Virus record (IMG/VR): IMGVR_UViG_3300028591_000128
Span: 42,311 to 106,310 of that record
Source: a virus
Lineage: Duplodnaviria; Caudoviricetes
Reading direction: 5' to 3' (one strand)
DNA length: 64,000 nucleotides
Shown here: positions 11,001 to 20,155 of the stretch, piece by piece
Numbering within the stretch: the first letter of the stretch is position 1
Layout: each line of letters starts with the position of its first letter
Position numbers and translations under genes: made by a program
Notes under the pieces: generated by a model
Database searches by the model: none
The model's input: only the letters and a program-made list of their open reading frames with translations
What the model was told of the DNA's origin: nothing

Positions 11001-11973
11001 ATTGTTTTAATGCTCCAGTGCTAATCATAGCACTATAAACTACATCAATTACTTTAGGCTGTTCGGATGCGTATTCTGGAACAATGTCACGATAAGAAAT
11101 CTCAACTCTAGGAAATGTGGTAGAAATGAGTTCCATGTTTATAGTTCTACCATTCGATGGTTGAGCAGTATCAGGTAACTTAGTCCATTTGGAATCATTA
11201 AATGGTCCTGCAGGAACAGATGTATCTGAAGTACATTCGTATAAGAACCCTTTGTACATTACTTGGTCTGCATTATGACCAGAAGATGCAGCTCTATAAG
11301 AAGAAGTAACATCGTAGGATGTAAATGCGTATCCAAGTCCGGGATATTTTCTCCCATTATTATCATCTCTTGGATATCCATCAGCCCCATAACCCGGAAC
11401 ACGTTTCATGTACTCAACAAATCGTGCTTCTTCGTTGTAGGATACAAACGCATTGTAAGCCTCATCATACGCAACTTTAGCATCATCTCTTGCTTGCTTC
11501 TTACCAGCAATTCGGTTTGAACATACTTGACAAGATTCACAAGCTGTAGTTGCAGGATAGTATGGGCATTCATCTTTAAGTGCTGCTTCAGCATCATCTA
11601 ATGCATCCTTGGCTGCATTCATTTCTTCAAGAAGTCTTTGATACTCAGGATCTGTAGAGCTTGGAATTTCATCCCCAATTCCAGCAGGAAGTCCTTCTGC
11701 ATCTTGTTCCTGATTTAGAAGACCCATTGTTCCAAGTGAAATATATCTCGGAACATAGTTAGAAAGCATGGAGTAACCTGGATTAAGTCCATGCCGTTCA
11801 TTTGGCATAAAATCACCAATAAGATGATGTGCAACACCATACAGAAGTGAGTTAGTAGCAGCGTTATGTCCACTTACTTCTTGAACTACATCCCCTGTCA
11901 ATCTATCAAGAACTTGAATAGATACATTCTGCTTTATATCTAATTTCTTTGCAATTTCTGAAATATTCTGCAT
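5017..11973 (-). CDS. giant virion/adhesin-like protein with DUF285/BspA-type repeats
   Basis: 2318 aa; many WDVSxVTxMxxMF-type repeats (WDVSHVTNMSHMF, WNTSSVTDMSYMF, WDTSNVTTMESMF). Confidence 0.7.
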   Translation of the reverse strand: MQNISEIAKKLDIKQNVSIQVLDRLTGDVVQEVSGHNAATNSLLYGVAHHLIGDFMPNERHGLNPGYSMLSNYVPRYISLGTMGLLNQEQDAEGLPAGIGDEIPSSTDPEYQRLLEEMNAAKDALDDAEAALKDECPYYPATTACESCQVCSNRIAGKKQARDDAKVAYDEAYNAFVSYNEEARFVEYMKRVPGYGADGYPRDDNNGRKYPGLGYAFTSYDVTSSYRAASSGHNADQVMYKGFLYECTSDTSVPAGPFNDSKWTKLPDTAQPSNGRTINMELISTTFPRVEISYRDIVPEYASEQPKVIDVVYSAMISTGALKQFREEGKDYVFITEAGLWSKKTWQLGSENGLLAGYRIGPPNESNWDMTVPENRKILKENILKVGTNQVVQVVWKIQIGSINEFLKGSIEPVPEPPAYHDFYLTTGATSSGALNKIFLEKLPSRSRSVYFEQADEKRGYLVDPTVFSTEENLYLDFVTNEDDTETIFWWTAEGEVNYSTRTTDPFYNLTMITQDMTKWHFNGVDYTYLPNEYADDFAELLPSSGYYTPKLRRIVQLYNPETGYYSGYYIGGDFTNTTDYIDASEIKQYPTSTIPTSMDEYPIYAVSGDWEHSGTTTLSDQIFYTCEATPIGFLDDENIHTVMNAFYTCLSPQDNPNELFVDLLDWDYSRVTNMDYLFASRESTELTRRNADPAYHVHTTWQLFGIDSAVNVTSTKGMFQGSVDSFDGIFNGSVYEIPEGHSAFMDVLANVTDASYMFSEFNGEFSNIYGSDPVELPNVENVSHMFDGANPGIYTHSGYYLVNGAKFIFGSSTHESAYPIDATYMLANIDADSINSGWFTFNREVDASYMFYHSTIAYVQLYDYEYDFAKYAVSMSHMFDGADINAGSSPGTLYANSNGGFPYLTDTSYMFSSITGYDGSSIFINFYADDYDCTPNLENMEGMFYQTDKLSQLDYESAYGFYTFALTNGYVPHAYTGYAINWDVSSVTNFSYAFYQLPSASAALMNLDCSGGVNFSHMLEGVLGKQSVYVRDDYDTHTDTHSISAYGSGGAYSLSAWVSPTSEYETGYFSSMKVSSSAQDMNSMFADARGICLPLDLSEWDVRNVTDVEHMFHGFTSKPIYYHYSRYEDDDIHPAYSEDVYVGDTGYYAVPLNVEHPDNFYIKLPTFNFSNLTYYSHAMDLCSVPKVVLNNIHVDSVSTLNKIKAFFADNHIYYFEAKNWTFDPSITDLSNFFTRWRKLCAIDLSGWDVSHITNFRQMFSRLEALEPDEASPSPGIIDYSSLDDWDISSGVDFYEMCGSVLHCSDPDATEDDVDYYGNGYPVPCCWFNEKPCENTYRFPNWNGTWDRTGLSQYESGEFDYPYYAFNPYGKGIAEPKAGSGFGTFTPATPSGFVTLSSSGINQLRSASSSAYRFLPLETGYDTAVLEYHLPENSESYYYEEPQSIGETAEEFRMHAQSLDTTDPTTYVYYDDGLYYCDTPLQFTNLQNFKDILAAINGTETISFRNWDAYNLTSLENLFADNPCKYLGIDMESTQNITNLSNTFASMDHIHCIYGIREWDTANVTTMSGIFQYDYTGYFYGDDLSNLKLDSLVNLNYAFEGSDIPIPEHLDTSNVMYMNSTFKEYKGSQAELHWDTSNVTTMESMFEDCDTYVDISYLDTSSVTTMENMFRGAVVYGDVSSWDVSHVTNMSHMFESTKEFYNDLHTSSWNTSSVTDMSYMFATSSQSLADLLLQVHGLENWDVSRVTNFEFMFSYGYTGEHRKVPSGIFSNWSINSIESVSGMFEGCDLHNYSSTDFDGWINDNGYFTCDSMFKNAILPSTYSQEYDGYIFDMSSWNIGESTDLSSMFESASFGSVSDHSVLILPDSHGMSLSHGEGCYTDFFQNSDINKLVWNNMTIRFGDHTSLSEIFGFTGSDIINDSPKFQTIIARNWYIDDASLSNMFSNLHYLINVDLSSWDVHDVTDFSEMFYKPNDVENYSGHDRPMPGVLDFSSLDHWIFINYSSDFTRMCASNLDDVGNETYHAFEQGYRFPNWSGGTWDTTGLQVVHIDQANYPYYYDQAGEEYDAYCFGTNGTRTDSIGGQNVTTPILVNKPPRTSTFGTFVPTSTSWTYNWDFTSSLVDTEQSANLTFADNTTTPATGEWVQGTGIRIQDADGKNICVPATLFVPGTVVEFDVTDCTMYHRDWADSWIIGNLIGDASQYIGFITADEDYGQWGFSADWYTFNPTVEHAGFVSLGVEGLTYFANSTFKIESDEGANGKLVLKFYKDNTLLATTPELNHNNTDFLPKNNTNWEFFLTVSNMEDVTITGLRIRNGSQS

Positions 11974-11984
11974 GTCTACCCCCT

Positions 11985-12356
11985 CTACGGAATCTCGGAA
12001 GTTGTAGATTCTTCATCATGTACTGTAATCGTTGTAGTTCTATAAGAATTAGTTCCTTTGATTTCTAATCTATATTCTCTTGGTGCAAGTTCTTGATTCA
12101 GTGGATTATCCTCGTGCTTGGGTTCATGTGGATCAATCCGTCTATGAAGATTTGGATTTGTAAATCCGGTTACTTGATCTTTATCATATGCAATTTGATC
12201 TTCAATTGTACCATCCTCGGTCTGAACCCAACCGGAACCTGCACCTGCAATAGGATAAGGAACCTCATTTCCATCTGCATCTGTGTATGTTAAGTTTTGA
12301 AGGTCGGATTCTGTATAAGTTTTATCTAAATTTGGCCAAATTGTAGGGTCGGGCAT
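11985..12356 (-). CDS. hypothetical protein
   Basis: 123-aa ORF, GGAGGTGG SD, ACCTTGTATA motif upstream. Confidence 0.65.
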   Translation of the reverse strand: MPDPTIWPNLDKTYTESDLQNLTYTDADGNEVPYPIAGAGSGWVQTEDGTIEDQIAYDKDQVTGFTNPNLHRRIDPHEPKHEDNPLNQELAPREYRLEIKGTNSYRTTTITVHDEESTTSEIP

Positions 12357-12420
12357 ATACTACCACCTCCATTACTTCTTATAAGATTATACAAGGTTGG
12401 GTTTCTATGAACACATAGAA

Positions 12421-12450
12421 AGGGTGGTGAGCAAGTCTGCGCACCACCCT
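12421..12450 (-). terminator. hairpin terminator after endolysin
   Basis: agggtggtg...caccaccct stem. Confidence 0.6.
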
Positions 12451-12459
12451 AGGAACAAC

Positions 12460-13587
12460 TTATTTAACTATAACATAACCATCCTTGTCAAACTCATAAT
12501 CAACTTTATTGATTCGAACTGTTCGACTTGATGGATACCATCCTTCGGCAGTAGTAAACCACTTACCTTTAGAATCTGATTTCCAATACCCCTTCTGCTT
12601 GTAAGTTTGCTTACCGTTCGCATCTAAGAACAACCCATCAATCCACTCGATATTTGCCATGTGTCCATCAGGATATAGATAGTACTTGCAACCATTTATG
12701 GTTTGCCATCCGGTAAGCATAGCACCATCAGCACCAAGGTAGTACCAACCGCCTTTGTAAAGTTCCCACTTGTTCTTCACCATGTTGCCATTTTCATCGT
12801 AGTAATACCACTTGCCGTTCTTCTTAACCCATCCGGTCTGAATCTCTACATCACTGATGTATCTTGTACCTTGATATAGACCACAAGACCATCCAGACTT
12901 GTGCTGAAGCCATGTATTACCACTAGCATCATGACGAAGTTTTGTACAAGTAACCTTGTCACCCTTTTTCAAAGATCCTGTTGATGCATACTTATTTCCC
13001 GGACCCTTTCGAATCTGTACACCATCATACTTAACTTCATAAGTATTGTCTACTTTGTATCCATCCATTTCCTTTGGTTCTGGTTCAGGTGTTACATTAT
13101 AAACAGGATGTCCATAATCAAGGATATCACTATTAGAGCGATAATAGCTCTTCGCCTTTACACCAGATACACCGCTACTTACATAGCAGTTACCTTCATA
13201 AGTATAAATCATCTTATCAGTTACTTTGTAAACAAACCCAATATGTCTTGGATATGGAAGTGATCCGAAGTAAACTGCGCATCCTACAGTTGGATTGTTG
13301 TCTACCCTTCCAATACTTTTCAGATATTCTCTCGAATACCTTACACCTGCTCCTAAACTGTCCTTTGGACGATTTAGAACTGTTCTTGCTCGGTCTTCTC
13401 CCAAGGCATTTATGAAATTCCAATCGAAGAAAACTGTGCACCAATCATATCCGTACTTGTTTCCGTTGTACCAATCCGTATAATTCTTGTCGATATCAAG
13501 TGCATATTTAGACTTTCTATCTTTACAAGTATATCCAGTTGCTACTTGGTCTGCAAAGGATTTTATTACCTTCTCAAGTTCAGTCAT
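12460..13587 (-). CDS. endolysin: CHAP + SH3b + choline/cell-wall-binding repeats
   Basis: DWCTVF, RHIGFV, YEGN (CHAP); VQIRKGPGNKY (SH3b); GWVKKNGKWYYY and GWYYLGADGAMLTGW repeats. Confidence 0.85.
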   Translation of the reverse strand: MTELEKVIKSFADQVATGYTCKDRKSKYALDIDKNYTDWYNGNKYGYDWCTVFFDWNFINALGEDRARTVLNRPKDSLGAGVRYSREYLKSIGRVDNNPTVGCAVYFGSLPYPRHIGFVYKVTDKMIYTYEGNCYVSSGVSGVKAKSYYRSNSDILDYGHPVYNVTPEPEPKEMDGYKVDNTYEVKYDGVQIRKGPGNKYASTGSLKKGDKVTCTKLRHDASGNTWLQHKSGWSCGLYQGTRYISDVEIQTGWVKKNGKWYYYDENGNMVKNKWELYKGGWYYLGADGAMLTGWQTINGCKYYLYPDGHMANIEWIDGLFLDANGKQTYKQKGYWKSDSKGKWFTTAEGWYPSSRTVRINKVDYEFDKDGYVIVK

Positions 13588-13676
13588 GTTGGCATCACCC
13601 CTTTCATATAATATATTTGTAGAATAATTCTACATAACTATATAAAAGGTAGATGCCTTGCAATTTTAAATTATGA

Positions 13677-14681
13677 TTAAGCTATCTTATTCTCTGCGAA
13701 AAATTTTCCTAAATTTGCATCTCTGGTTACATCAGAATATACTTGCAACATAGTTGCAGAATCCCAGTTCACCATATCCATAATGATATCAAGTGGAACA
13801 TTCTGTTTAATGAGCATAGTTGTAAAATAATGTCTGATACTATGCCAATAGAAATCTTTTCCAAGTATTTTTGTAAAATCATCTGCCCAATGATTTAATG
13901 ACTCTATTGATAGTGGTTTATTGTGAAACTTATAAGATACAAATAGACAATCTCCACGAATCTTGTGTTTCTTATAATCTTCCATAAGAAGATCAAAGTA
14001 AGGCTTGAATTTATCTTTCAACACATATAGATGAATCTGTTTTCCTTGTACTCCTCTACCTTTCGTTTTGATAGGATTAGTAGACTTCCACAACGAATCA
14101 TAAATCACATTTTCATCTTTGAAGTCAGAAATCTTGAATCTAAATAATTCTGATTTTCTTCTACCAGAATACATAGCCAATGCTAACGCCGCTGCCTGCC
14201 GAATCCTATCATGTGCTACAAGATAATCCAGTAGTCCGTTTAATTCATCTTCTGTAAATACAGTTTTCGGTAGAACTTTTTTAACCGGAGGTGAATCTAT
14301 CTGCTTTACAATATTCTTATACCCAGGATACTCATCATCCAAAATCTTTTCAATATAAGTAGACATAGTAGAAAGTGCAGACTTTACACAATGCATCCTA
14401 CTGGATGACCAATTCAATGTGTAGAGTGCGTAATCTTGAAACCGAATAAAATCACGTTTTGTAACCTTCGTAAATTCCTTATTACAATTATGTATCAAGT
14501 TATACACAAAGAATGCTTCGATATTTTTCTGATACTCATAGATAGTAGTCGGTGCTCTGTCAATAGACTTCATGTAAGATAAGAAATCACGAAGTAGAAA
14601 TTTGTTCTCCGGTTTCACTAATTTCAAAGAGTTCTCATCAGTTAATGGATTTTTCTGTACTTTTCTCGCCATAAGTATCAC
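13677..14681 (-). CDS. tyrosine recombinase/integrase family protein
   Basis: SGRRKSEL (R), KTKG (K), HSIRH (HxxR), terminal LQVY (Y). Confidence 0.85.
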   Translation of the reverse strand: MILMARKVQKNPLTDENSLKLVKPENKFLLRDFLSYMKSIDRAPTTIYEYQKNIEAFFVYNLIHNCNKEFTKVTKRDFIRFQDYALYTLNWSSSRMHCVKSALSTMSTYIEKILDDEYPGYKNIVKQIDSPPVKKVLPKTVFTEDELNGLLDYLVAHDRIRQAAALALAMYSGRRKSELFRFKISDFKDENVIYDSLWKSTNPIKTKGRGVQGKQIHLYVLKDKFKPYFDLLMEDYKKHKIRGDCLFVSYKFHNKPLSIESLNHWADDFTKILGKDFYWHSIRHYFTTMLIKQNVPLDIIMDMVNWDSATMLQVYSDVTRDANLGKFFAENKIA

Positions 14682-14762
14682 ACTCCTTTTGGATTATTGA
14701 CAATATAATGTGGTTATATATTATAACGATTTACCCCATCAAATTTCTAATGAAATTATAAA

Positions 14763-14793
14763 AAGAACTCCCCAAGTTCATTGAGGAGTTCTT
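14763..14793 (-). terminator. rho-independent terminator
   Basis: aagaactcc...ggagttctt stem followed by a U-run on the minus strand. Confidence 0.6.
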
Positions 14794-14873
14794 AGAAGTG
14801 ACATAAAATAACGGTTTTATGGGGTTATTATCGGATCGTTTTCGGAATTTTCGACCGTTGACGATCCATGATG

Positions 14874-17699
14874 CTAAATATCAAATCTTTCCTTCGTTAT
14901 ATTTTTGAAGTAAAATTTTCCATTATGTGTCAAATCCGAATCGTGCCATCCTCCGTATCTGTAACCATATTCAATCCGAATCGGATCATGTGTAAGAATT
15001 GCGGTTGTCAAATCCTGATAGCATAACTTCCACAGGCAGTAGCTGATTCCGTGTTCATTTAATGTGTCAAACATCAGCTGCGCTTCTTCGTCATCATAAT
15101 CACCATACCCTGTCCCTTCGGAATTTCCCCATTCTGTTTCAAAGAACGGAATTCCGGCATTGATGATAGGAAGGATGAATTCTTCGACCGTATTTTCTGC
15201 CGTGTAAATATGCCGCGAAATGAATACATTCATATTATTTGTGGTATTATATAAAGTATTCATTGCTGAAGCTCCATCCGTACCGACACCGCAAATAACG
15301 ATGGCAGAAGGATCAATTCCGCGAATATAATCAGCACACGCTTTATTTGTGGAAAGCATTCCACTTGATGAATTTGACCACGGTTCATTCTGAAGTTCCC
15401 ACAGAAGATTGTCATGTGTCGAAAGATATGTGTCAGCAAAATATTTGAAGAATGCCAGCTGCTGGCTTGCGTACTGCGTAACATCCCCATCCGTCAAGAG
15501 CGTATGCCAATCAATGATAATATAAAGCCCCTGATTCGTTGCATTCTTGATCAGTTTATCCGCTATTGCTTTTAATTCGTCTGAATGGTTAAGCCATCCG
15601 TGACCGTTCCTTCTGTTTGATCCGCTTGGAATAAAATCATTCAGATAAAATGTCATTCTTATGCAATTACACCCACGATACACAAGGGTTTTGAAAACGT
15701 CCGTTGTATAAAGATTCTGGTATTCATTCATAAAATGTGTACCGAATCCGGAAAGAACAATCGGGCTATTCTGTGCATCAAGAATCTGGTTGCCTGATTT
15801 GTGAATTTTCCCACGCTTCAGATATGTATCTTTGTATGGATCAATTTCTGCCGCTTCCAAAACATCAGCCAACTGCGAAAGACCATCTTCTGCCCTGATC
15901 TTCAAAATGGAATTAGCGTATGTCTTCTGATTGATCGTTGTCATTCCAGAAACCAACACACTGTTTGGAATCTCCGGAATATCTTCTTCGGTGATGTCAA
16001 CTGTCCCCGCTGTGTCATAATGACCACCGACAAACACGATTCGCACGAATCCGTCTGCAACTGAAGTCCATTCTGTTAAATACTGCGGCGGCTGTTCCTT
16101 GTTGTAACTTCTATATTTGAAGGTCTTCACATTATCATATGAAAATACATCCATATAATAGCTTGATTTAATGGTTGTTCCAACTTTTACTGGAATATAT
16201 CCAGAAACTGCCTTTGTTGATGATGCAATATATTCACCAGTTGATGTGTTAAGTTCTCCAAACTCAATAGATGTATTGTCCATGATTTGTGAAAATCTTT
16301 CACCAGTAAGCATCGAAGACGGTGCTTTGTTTTGCTTTGTAAAAGTTCCGTCCAGAATATAACTATCCGGCTTATAATAGAAATTGATACTATCGGCAAC
16401 GCTAATATCCGAATCATCTGTCTTTGCAAGTGCAAATCTGAAATAATCGGTTTCTCCGAATTCATAAAGAAATTCTGTCAAATTAACTTCGCCAGTTATC
16501 CACGGATCACTTGATACAAACCCCCTGACATCCGGCTTGAAATAATCGACAGTTCTGGCCGTTCCGTCCTGACGATAACAAGTTATAAGAAACTTGTATC
16601 CCGGTTTGCATCCTACACAGGCATATTTTGCCGGTGTTTTTGTTCTAATTCGTGTAGATGATGCGGCGGAATTTGATCCGTTCGGGTTTATTCCGCCATA
16701 TGCCCATGACGATTCGTTGATTTTAAGTGTATTTATTCCGATTGTTTTCTGATTGAATTCAAGATCATTTATTTTTGATTCGGTTGTTGTAAGTTCTGCA
16801 ACAGAAAGAGCTGATCCAGCTGTCGGACTGATTGCAGAATCATCAGAATTCGCAAGTAAAAATTCATAGTAATAATCAGGATTCACCATGATTTCTATTC
16901 CGTCAGTAAGCCATGATGACGAATATCTGCCGATGAATGTTGATGCACTAATTACATTTGACGAATAATAATAAACCATGTATTTCTTTCCAGCTGATAC
17001 AGAAAGTTTAATTATTTCTCCGTCTATCGTTCGCGGAAGAATCGTTCTGATCCTGGTTGTTGATGATAATTTTGCACCAGTTCCGTCAAGTGAACCAGAT
17101 TCCCAGTTGAAAGATAATGGGTATTCGCCAGACATAACTGCATTATAAAGACTTGCATCTACCTTTGTAATCATTTCTTCCGGCGAATCATACTCTACCC
17201 CATCAAATCCTGTTTTCATGTCGTTGACTTGACTATCAATCGCTCTTACTGCATCTCCGGCAGTAGGGTAAGTATGTCCAGTGGAATCAACACGAATGTT
17301 GGTTAGTTCTGCATCCCCAGTGGTAGATCCGTCAGTTAGTGCAGTAAAAGTATCTATCTGACCTTGTAAGGAATTGATACTGTTGTTCAAGTCTGTTTGA
17401 TTGGATAATGTTCCATTGATCTGTCCCCAAGTAGACCCACGCCTATCAGTAAGGCGTGAGTCATTTCCCATAACCACTTGTGTAGCAGATGCATCACCGC
17501 TTGATGCAACATCTTTAGGCGATGCTGTACCAAGGGTTGGTTTGTTTGTTAAATCGTTGTAATCTCCGCTGAAGTTGTTAAGTCCTTCTACTGCGTTATC
17601 CATTTCGGAGATTGTGTATGTATCAGATGTTCCATTTTTCTCACGAATCATATTTGCGAGATTCTGGATATCACCTTCTTCGTAAAGTTTCATGCTCAT
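14874..17699 (-). CDS. tail fibre/spike protein with C-terminal GH5 (cellulase-family) domain
   Basis: tail-fibre-type N-terminus (FSGDYNDLTNKP, DAELTNIRV...YPTAGDAVR); GH5 motifs YIIIDWH, WELQNEP, FFETEWG. Confidence 0.75.
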   Translation of the reverse strand: MSMKLYEEGDIQNLANMIREKNGTSDTYTISEMDNAVEGLNNFSGDYNDLTNKPTLGTASPKDVASSGDASATQVVMGNDSRLTDRRGSTWGQINGTLSNQTDLNNSINSLQGQIDTFTALTDGSTTGDAELTNIRVDSTGHTYPTAGDAVRAIDSQVNDMKTGFDGVEYDSPEEMITKVDASLYNAVMSGEYPLSFNWESGSLDGTGAKLSSTTRIRTILPRTIDGEIIKLSVSAGKKYMVYYYSSNVISASTFIGRYSSSWLTDGIEIMVNPDYYYEFLLANSDDSAISPTAGSALSVAELTTTESKINDLEFNQKTIGINTLKINESSWAYGGINPNGSNSAASSTRIRTKTPAKYACVGCKPGYKFLITCYRQDGTARTVDYFKPDVRGFVSSDPWITGEVNLTEFLYEFGETDYFRFALAKTDDSDISVADSINFYYKPDSYILDGTFTKQNKAPSSMLTGERFSQIMDNTSIEFGELNTSTGEYIASSTKAVSGYIPVKVGTTIKSSYYMDVFSYDNVKTFKYRSYNKEQPPQYLTEWTSVADGFVRIVFVGGHYDTAGTVDITEEDIPEIPNSVLVSGMTTINQKTYANSILKIRAEDGLSQLADVLEAAEIDPYKDTYLKRGKIHKSGNQILDAQNSPIVLSGFGTHFMNEYQNLYTTDVFKTLVYRGCNCIRMTFYLNDFIPSGSNRRNGHGWLNHSDELKAIADKLIKNATNQGLYIIIDWHTLLTDGDVTQYASQQLAFFKYFADTYLSTHDNLLWELQNEPWSNSSSGMLSTNKACADYIRGIDPSAIVICGVGTDGASAMNTLYNTTNNMNVFISRHIYTAENTVEEFILPIINAGIPFFETEWGNSEGTGYGDYDDEEAQLMFDTLNEHGISYCLWKLCYQDLTTAILTHDPIRIEYGYRYGGWHDSDLTHNGKFYFKNITKERFDI

Positions 17700-17721
17700 T
17701 GTTCAACATTACTCCCTTCTT

Positions 17722-20139
17722 TTAGTACTGTATGTTTTGTCCGACTGGTAAACTAGCAGCAACCCATTTACCATTAACAACTGTTAATACTTTTCCATCA
17801 TCTAAATCTGATACTTCTGGAAGTTCAACTGCGCTTTCAATGAGGTCAACAATCGGCTGAAACTCCTCTGTGATATACTCCACCTCCATATCTCCCGTAC
17901 TGCTCTCTATGTGGGTGTAGCCGGAGAGAGATTTGATTGGGAGGTTGGTTTGGGTGATGGTTTCAGTGGTGGGAGTGGTGAGCAATCCACATATTTCCAA
18001 GTTGTTATTTGATAAATAATTAGTAAAATCAGAAAGACTTGAAGCACTCGGAAATCCTACATATAATCGGTTATTTACATAAGCAAAAGATGGGCCTCTT
18101 CCAGCGTATGCACTTTCATTGTCCGCAACAAGATAATTGGAAAATCCATTATCAAGTGTTTGCCCCCAAATTGAAGCAAACCCTAAATTACCGTCTAATA
18201 TAAAACATGTCGGTCTATCTACTGAGGCTTGTTGCCAGTTTTCTGTGCCATCAAATACAACCTTTTTCCACTCTGTTGTCACTTCCCCATTCACCACATC
18301 CTCACTCCCTCGATAGATAGCAGAGGGGTAGGTGGTGGTGTGGGTGGTGGAGGTGTAGGGTTCGTATGTGGTTGGTACAGAACCCTTTTCAATTTGCCAA
18401 TCATAATCAAGTGGGTCATTTCTGACCGGATTATATCGACTTGCCACCGTCACATATCCATCAATCGACTCACACGTTATAGGTGTTGAATTGATAACTC
18501 CATTGGTGGCTGATGATGCACCACTATCTACATTTCCCGGCAAGAAGAAAATATCTCTATAATTTTCCTGTCCTCCGCCTGTTGGAGGGCAATTAGTTGA
18601 CATGGTAAATGTTCCCTCACCAACAAACATAGGCTTATATGTGAGAGTGCCTGTGTGGTTGAAATCATTTTTATCACAGAGGTTCTTCCCCCTCACCTCA
18701 ATCTCCCCCTCCGTATATCCGCTTATGGGGCAGATGTTGGAGTAGGGGGTGAAGGTGGGGTCGGATTCTGTAGAGAGACGAATCATGGGCTTGAATAAAA
18801 GGTTGTTCGCCGTGTAACCGTTACGGATAGTAATATATGCCGAGCTGATATTTGCGGTTGGGGTAGTTTCTGATATGAGTCTCCAATCATTTGCATTATA
18901 TGCGTTTATAAATATATCCGTTACATCGGAATATACCTGTAATGCAAATGTGGTTTCAGAACCTCCGTTTATACCACCATTTACAACATAAGTTCCATCA
19001 AATGTGCCTAACGATGTAATATTCGCAACAAGGAAATAAGTAACCGCATTTGCCGTACCATTTACTTTTATACCCGTAACATTATCATCACCATCCGTTT
19101 CTAACGTAAAAGTTACTCCATTCCGAGTGTAGACATTTCCACTCCAAGTACCACCAGTATTGATTGCCTTTATCCCGTCAACCGTCATAGGGAGTTTATT
19201 CTTTCCACTACCACCTACCCACGGCTTATCATATCCATGCAAGTCCTGATTTCCTTGGATGGCGGTTACGCACTTTACCAAAGGTGCGTCTGCTCCATCG
19301 GTTATCTCGATAGGATTTCCGCTTGCGGTCTTGGTTACGGATGCTTTATCTTCTATTTCCTCTGTAATCTTATTACTACTCCATGTAGTATCTGTATCTG
19401 TTGCGGTATCATCAATTATATTATCAATCTTATCAGTTATTGATTCACCATTGATCTCTACATCCTGTGCAGTTACTACACCTTCTTTAGATACTTTGAA
19501 AGTTGCATCAGAATAATCATCTTGTGATCCACCACCTGCAAACAAGTATCCGGAATTCGGTTCAGCTATTTCTGAAAACTTTCCATCATCTACATATACT
19601 TGTGCAGAATCTAACATATATCTTGCGGCATCTTCAAGAGACAGAGTTTTATCCGGAATTACAGAAATTCCAGTAGCAGGACTTCCCCAATAGGCATAAG
19701 TACCGCCACAGTAATACCATGTTGTACCATTATAATCAAAACTATATGCTGTGTTATTCCATGAGAAATATGTTGAATCTGCTTCTGTAGATACCAATAC
19801 AATAGCATGATTCTGACCATCACCTGGTGTACCAATTACTCCACCAAATGCAGGCTTCGCATTCGTCTTAGTGTATGTTCGATCCCCTAATGAGAACTCA
19901 GCCGCAGTATCAAAATAATATGTTTTATTCTCACATCCCCAACCGAGTTCGTTTACATCATAATTTGCATAAACTTTTACACCATCTTCGGATATATCAA
20001 TGTTGTCCGGTGGTGTAATATCATCAACTCTCTGTGTAAGTGAAGTTAAATCCGTTCTTCCTTTCTTATCAACAAGTTCAATTTCATCTTGTATTCCAAA
20101 CTCTTGTAGATTTAATTTACTTGCAGGTCTTGTAGCCAT
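17722..20139 (-). CDS. tail fibre / receptor-binding protein
   Basis: TWSSNKI, GKNKL, EKGSVPTTYEPY and DDGKVLTVVNGKW segments typical of Firmicutes-phage fibres. Confidence 0.65.
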   Translation of the reverse strand: MATRPASKLNLQEFGIQDEIELVDKKGRTDLTSLTQRVDDITPPDNIDISEDGVKVYANYDVNELGWGCENKTYYFDTAAEFSLGDRTYTKTNAKPAFGGVIGTPGDGQNHAIVLVSTEADSTYFSWNNTAYSFDYNGTTWYYCGGTYAYWGSPATGISVIPDKTLSLEDAARYMLDSAQVYVDDGKFSEIAEPNSGYLFAGGGSQDDYSDATFKVSKEGVVTAQDVEINGESITDKIDNIIDDTATDTDTTWSSNKITEEIEDKASVTKTASGNPIEITDGADAPLVKCVTAIQGNQDLHGYDKPWVGGSGKNKLPMTVDGIKAINTGGTWSGNVYTRNGVTFTLETDGDDNVTGIKVNGTANAVTYFLVANITSLGTFDGTYVVNGGINGGSETTFALQVYSDVTDIFINAYNANDWRLISETTPTANISSAYITIRNGYTANNLLFKPMIRLSTESDPTFTPYSNICPISGYTEGEIEVRGKNLCDKNDFNHTGTLTYKPMFVGEGTFTMSTNCPPTGGGQENYRDIFFLPGNVDSGASSATNGVINSTPITCESIDGYVTVASRYNPVRNDPLDYDWQIEKGSVPTTYEPYTSTTHTTTYPSAIYRGSEDVVNGEVTTEWKKVVFDGTENWQQASVDRPTCFILDGNLGFASIWGQTLDNGFSNYLVADNESAYAGRGPSFAYVNNRLYVGFPSASSLSDFTNYLSNNNLEICGLLTTPTTETITQTNLPIKSLSGYTHIESSTGDMEVEYITEEFQPIVDLIESAVELPEVSDLDDGKVLTVVNGKWVAASLPVGQNIQY

Positions 20140-20155
20140 TTGTCAAGCCCTCCTA

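Noticed and set aside
13677-20139. Recombinase-driven tail-fibre shufflon
   Set aside because: No inverted fibre cassettes or repeated crossover sites found; all genes are co-oriented.
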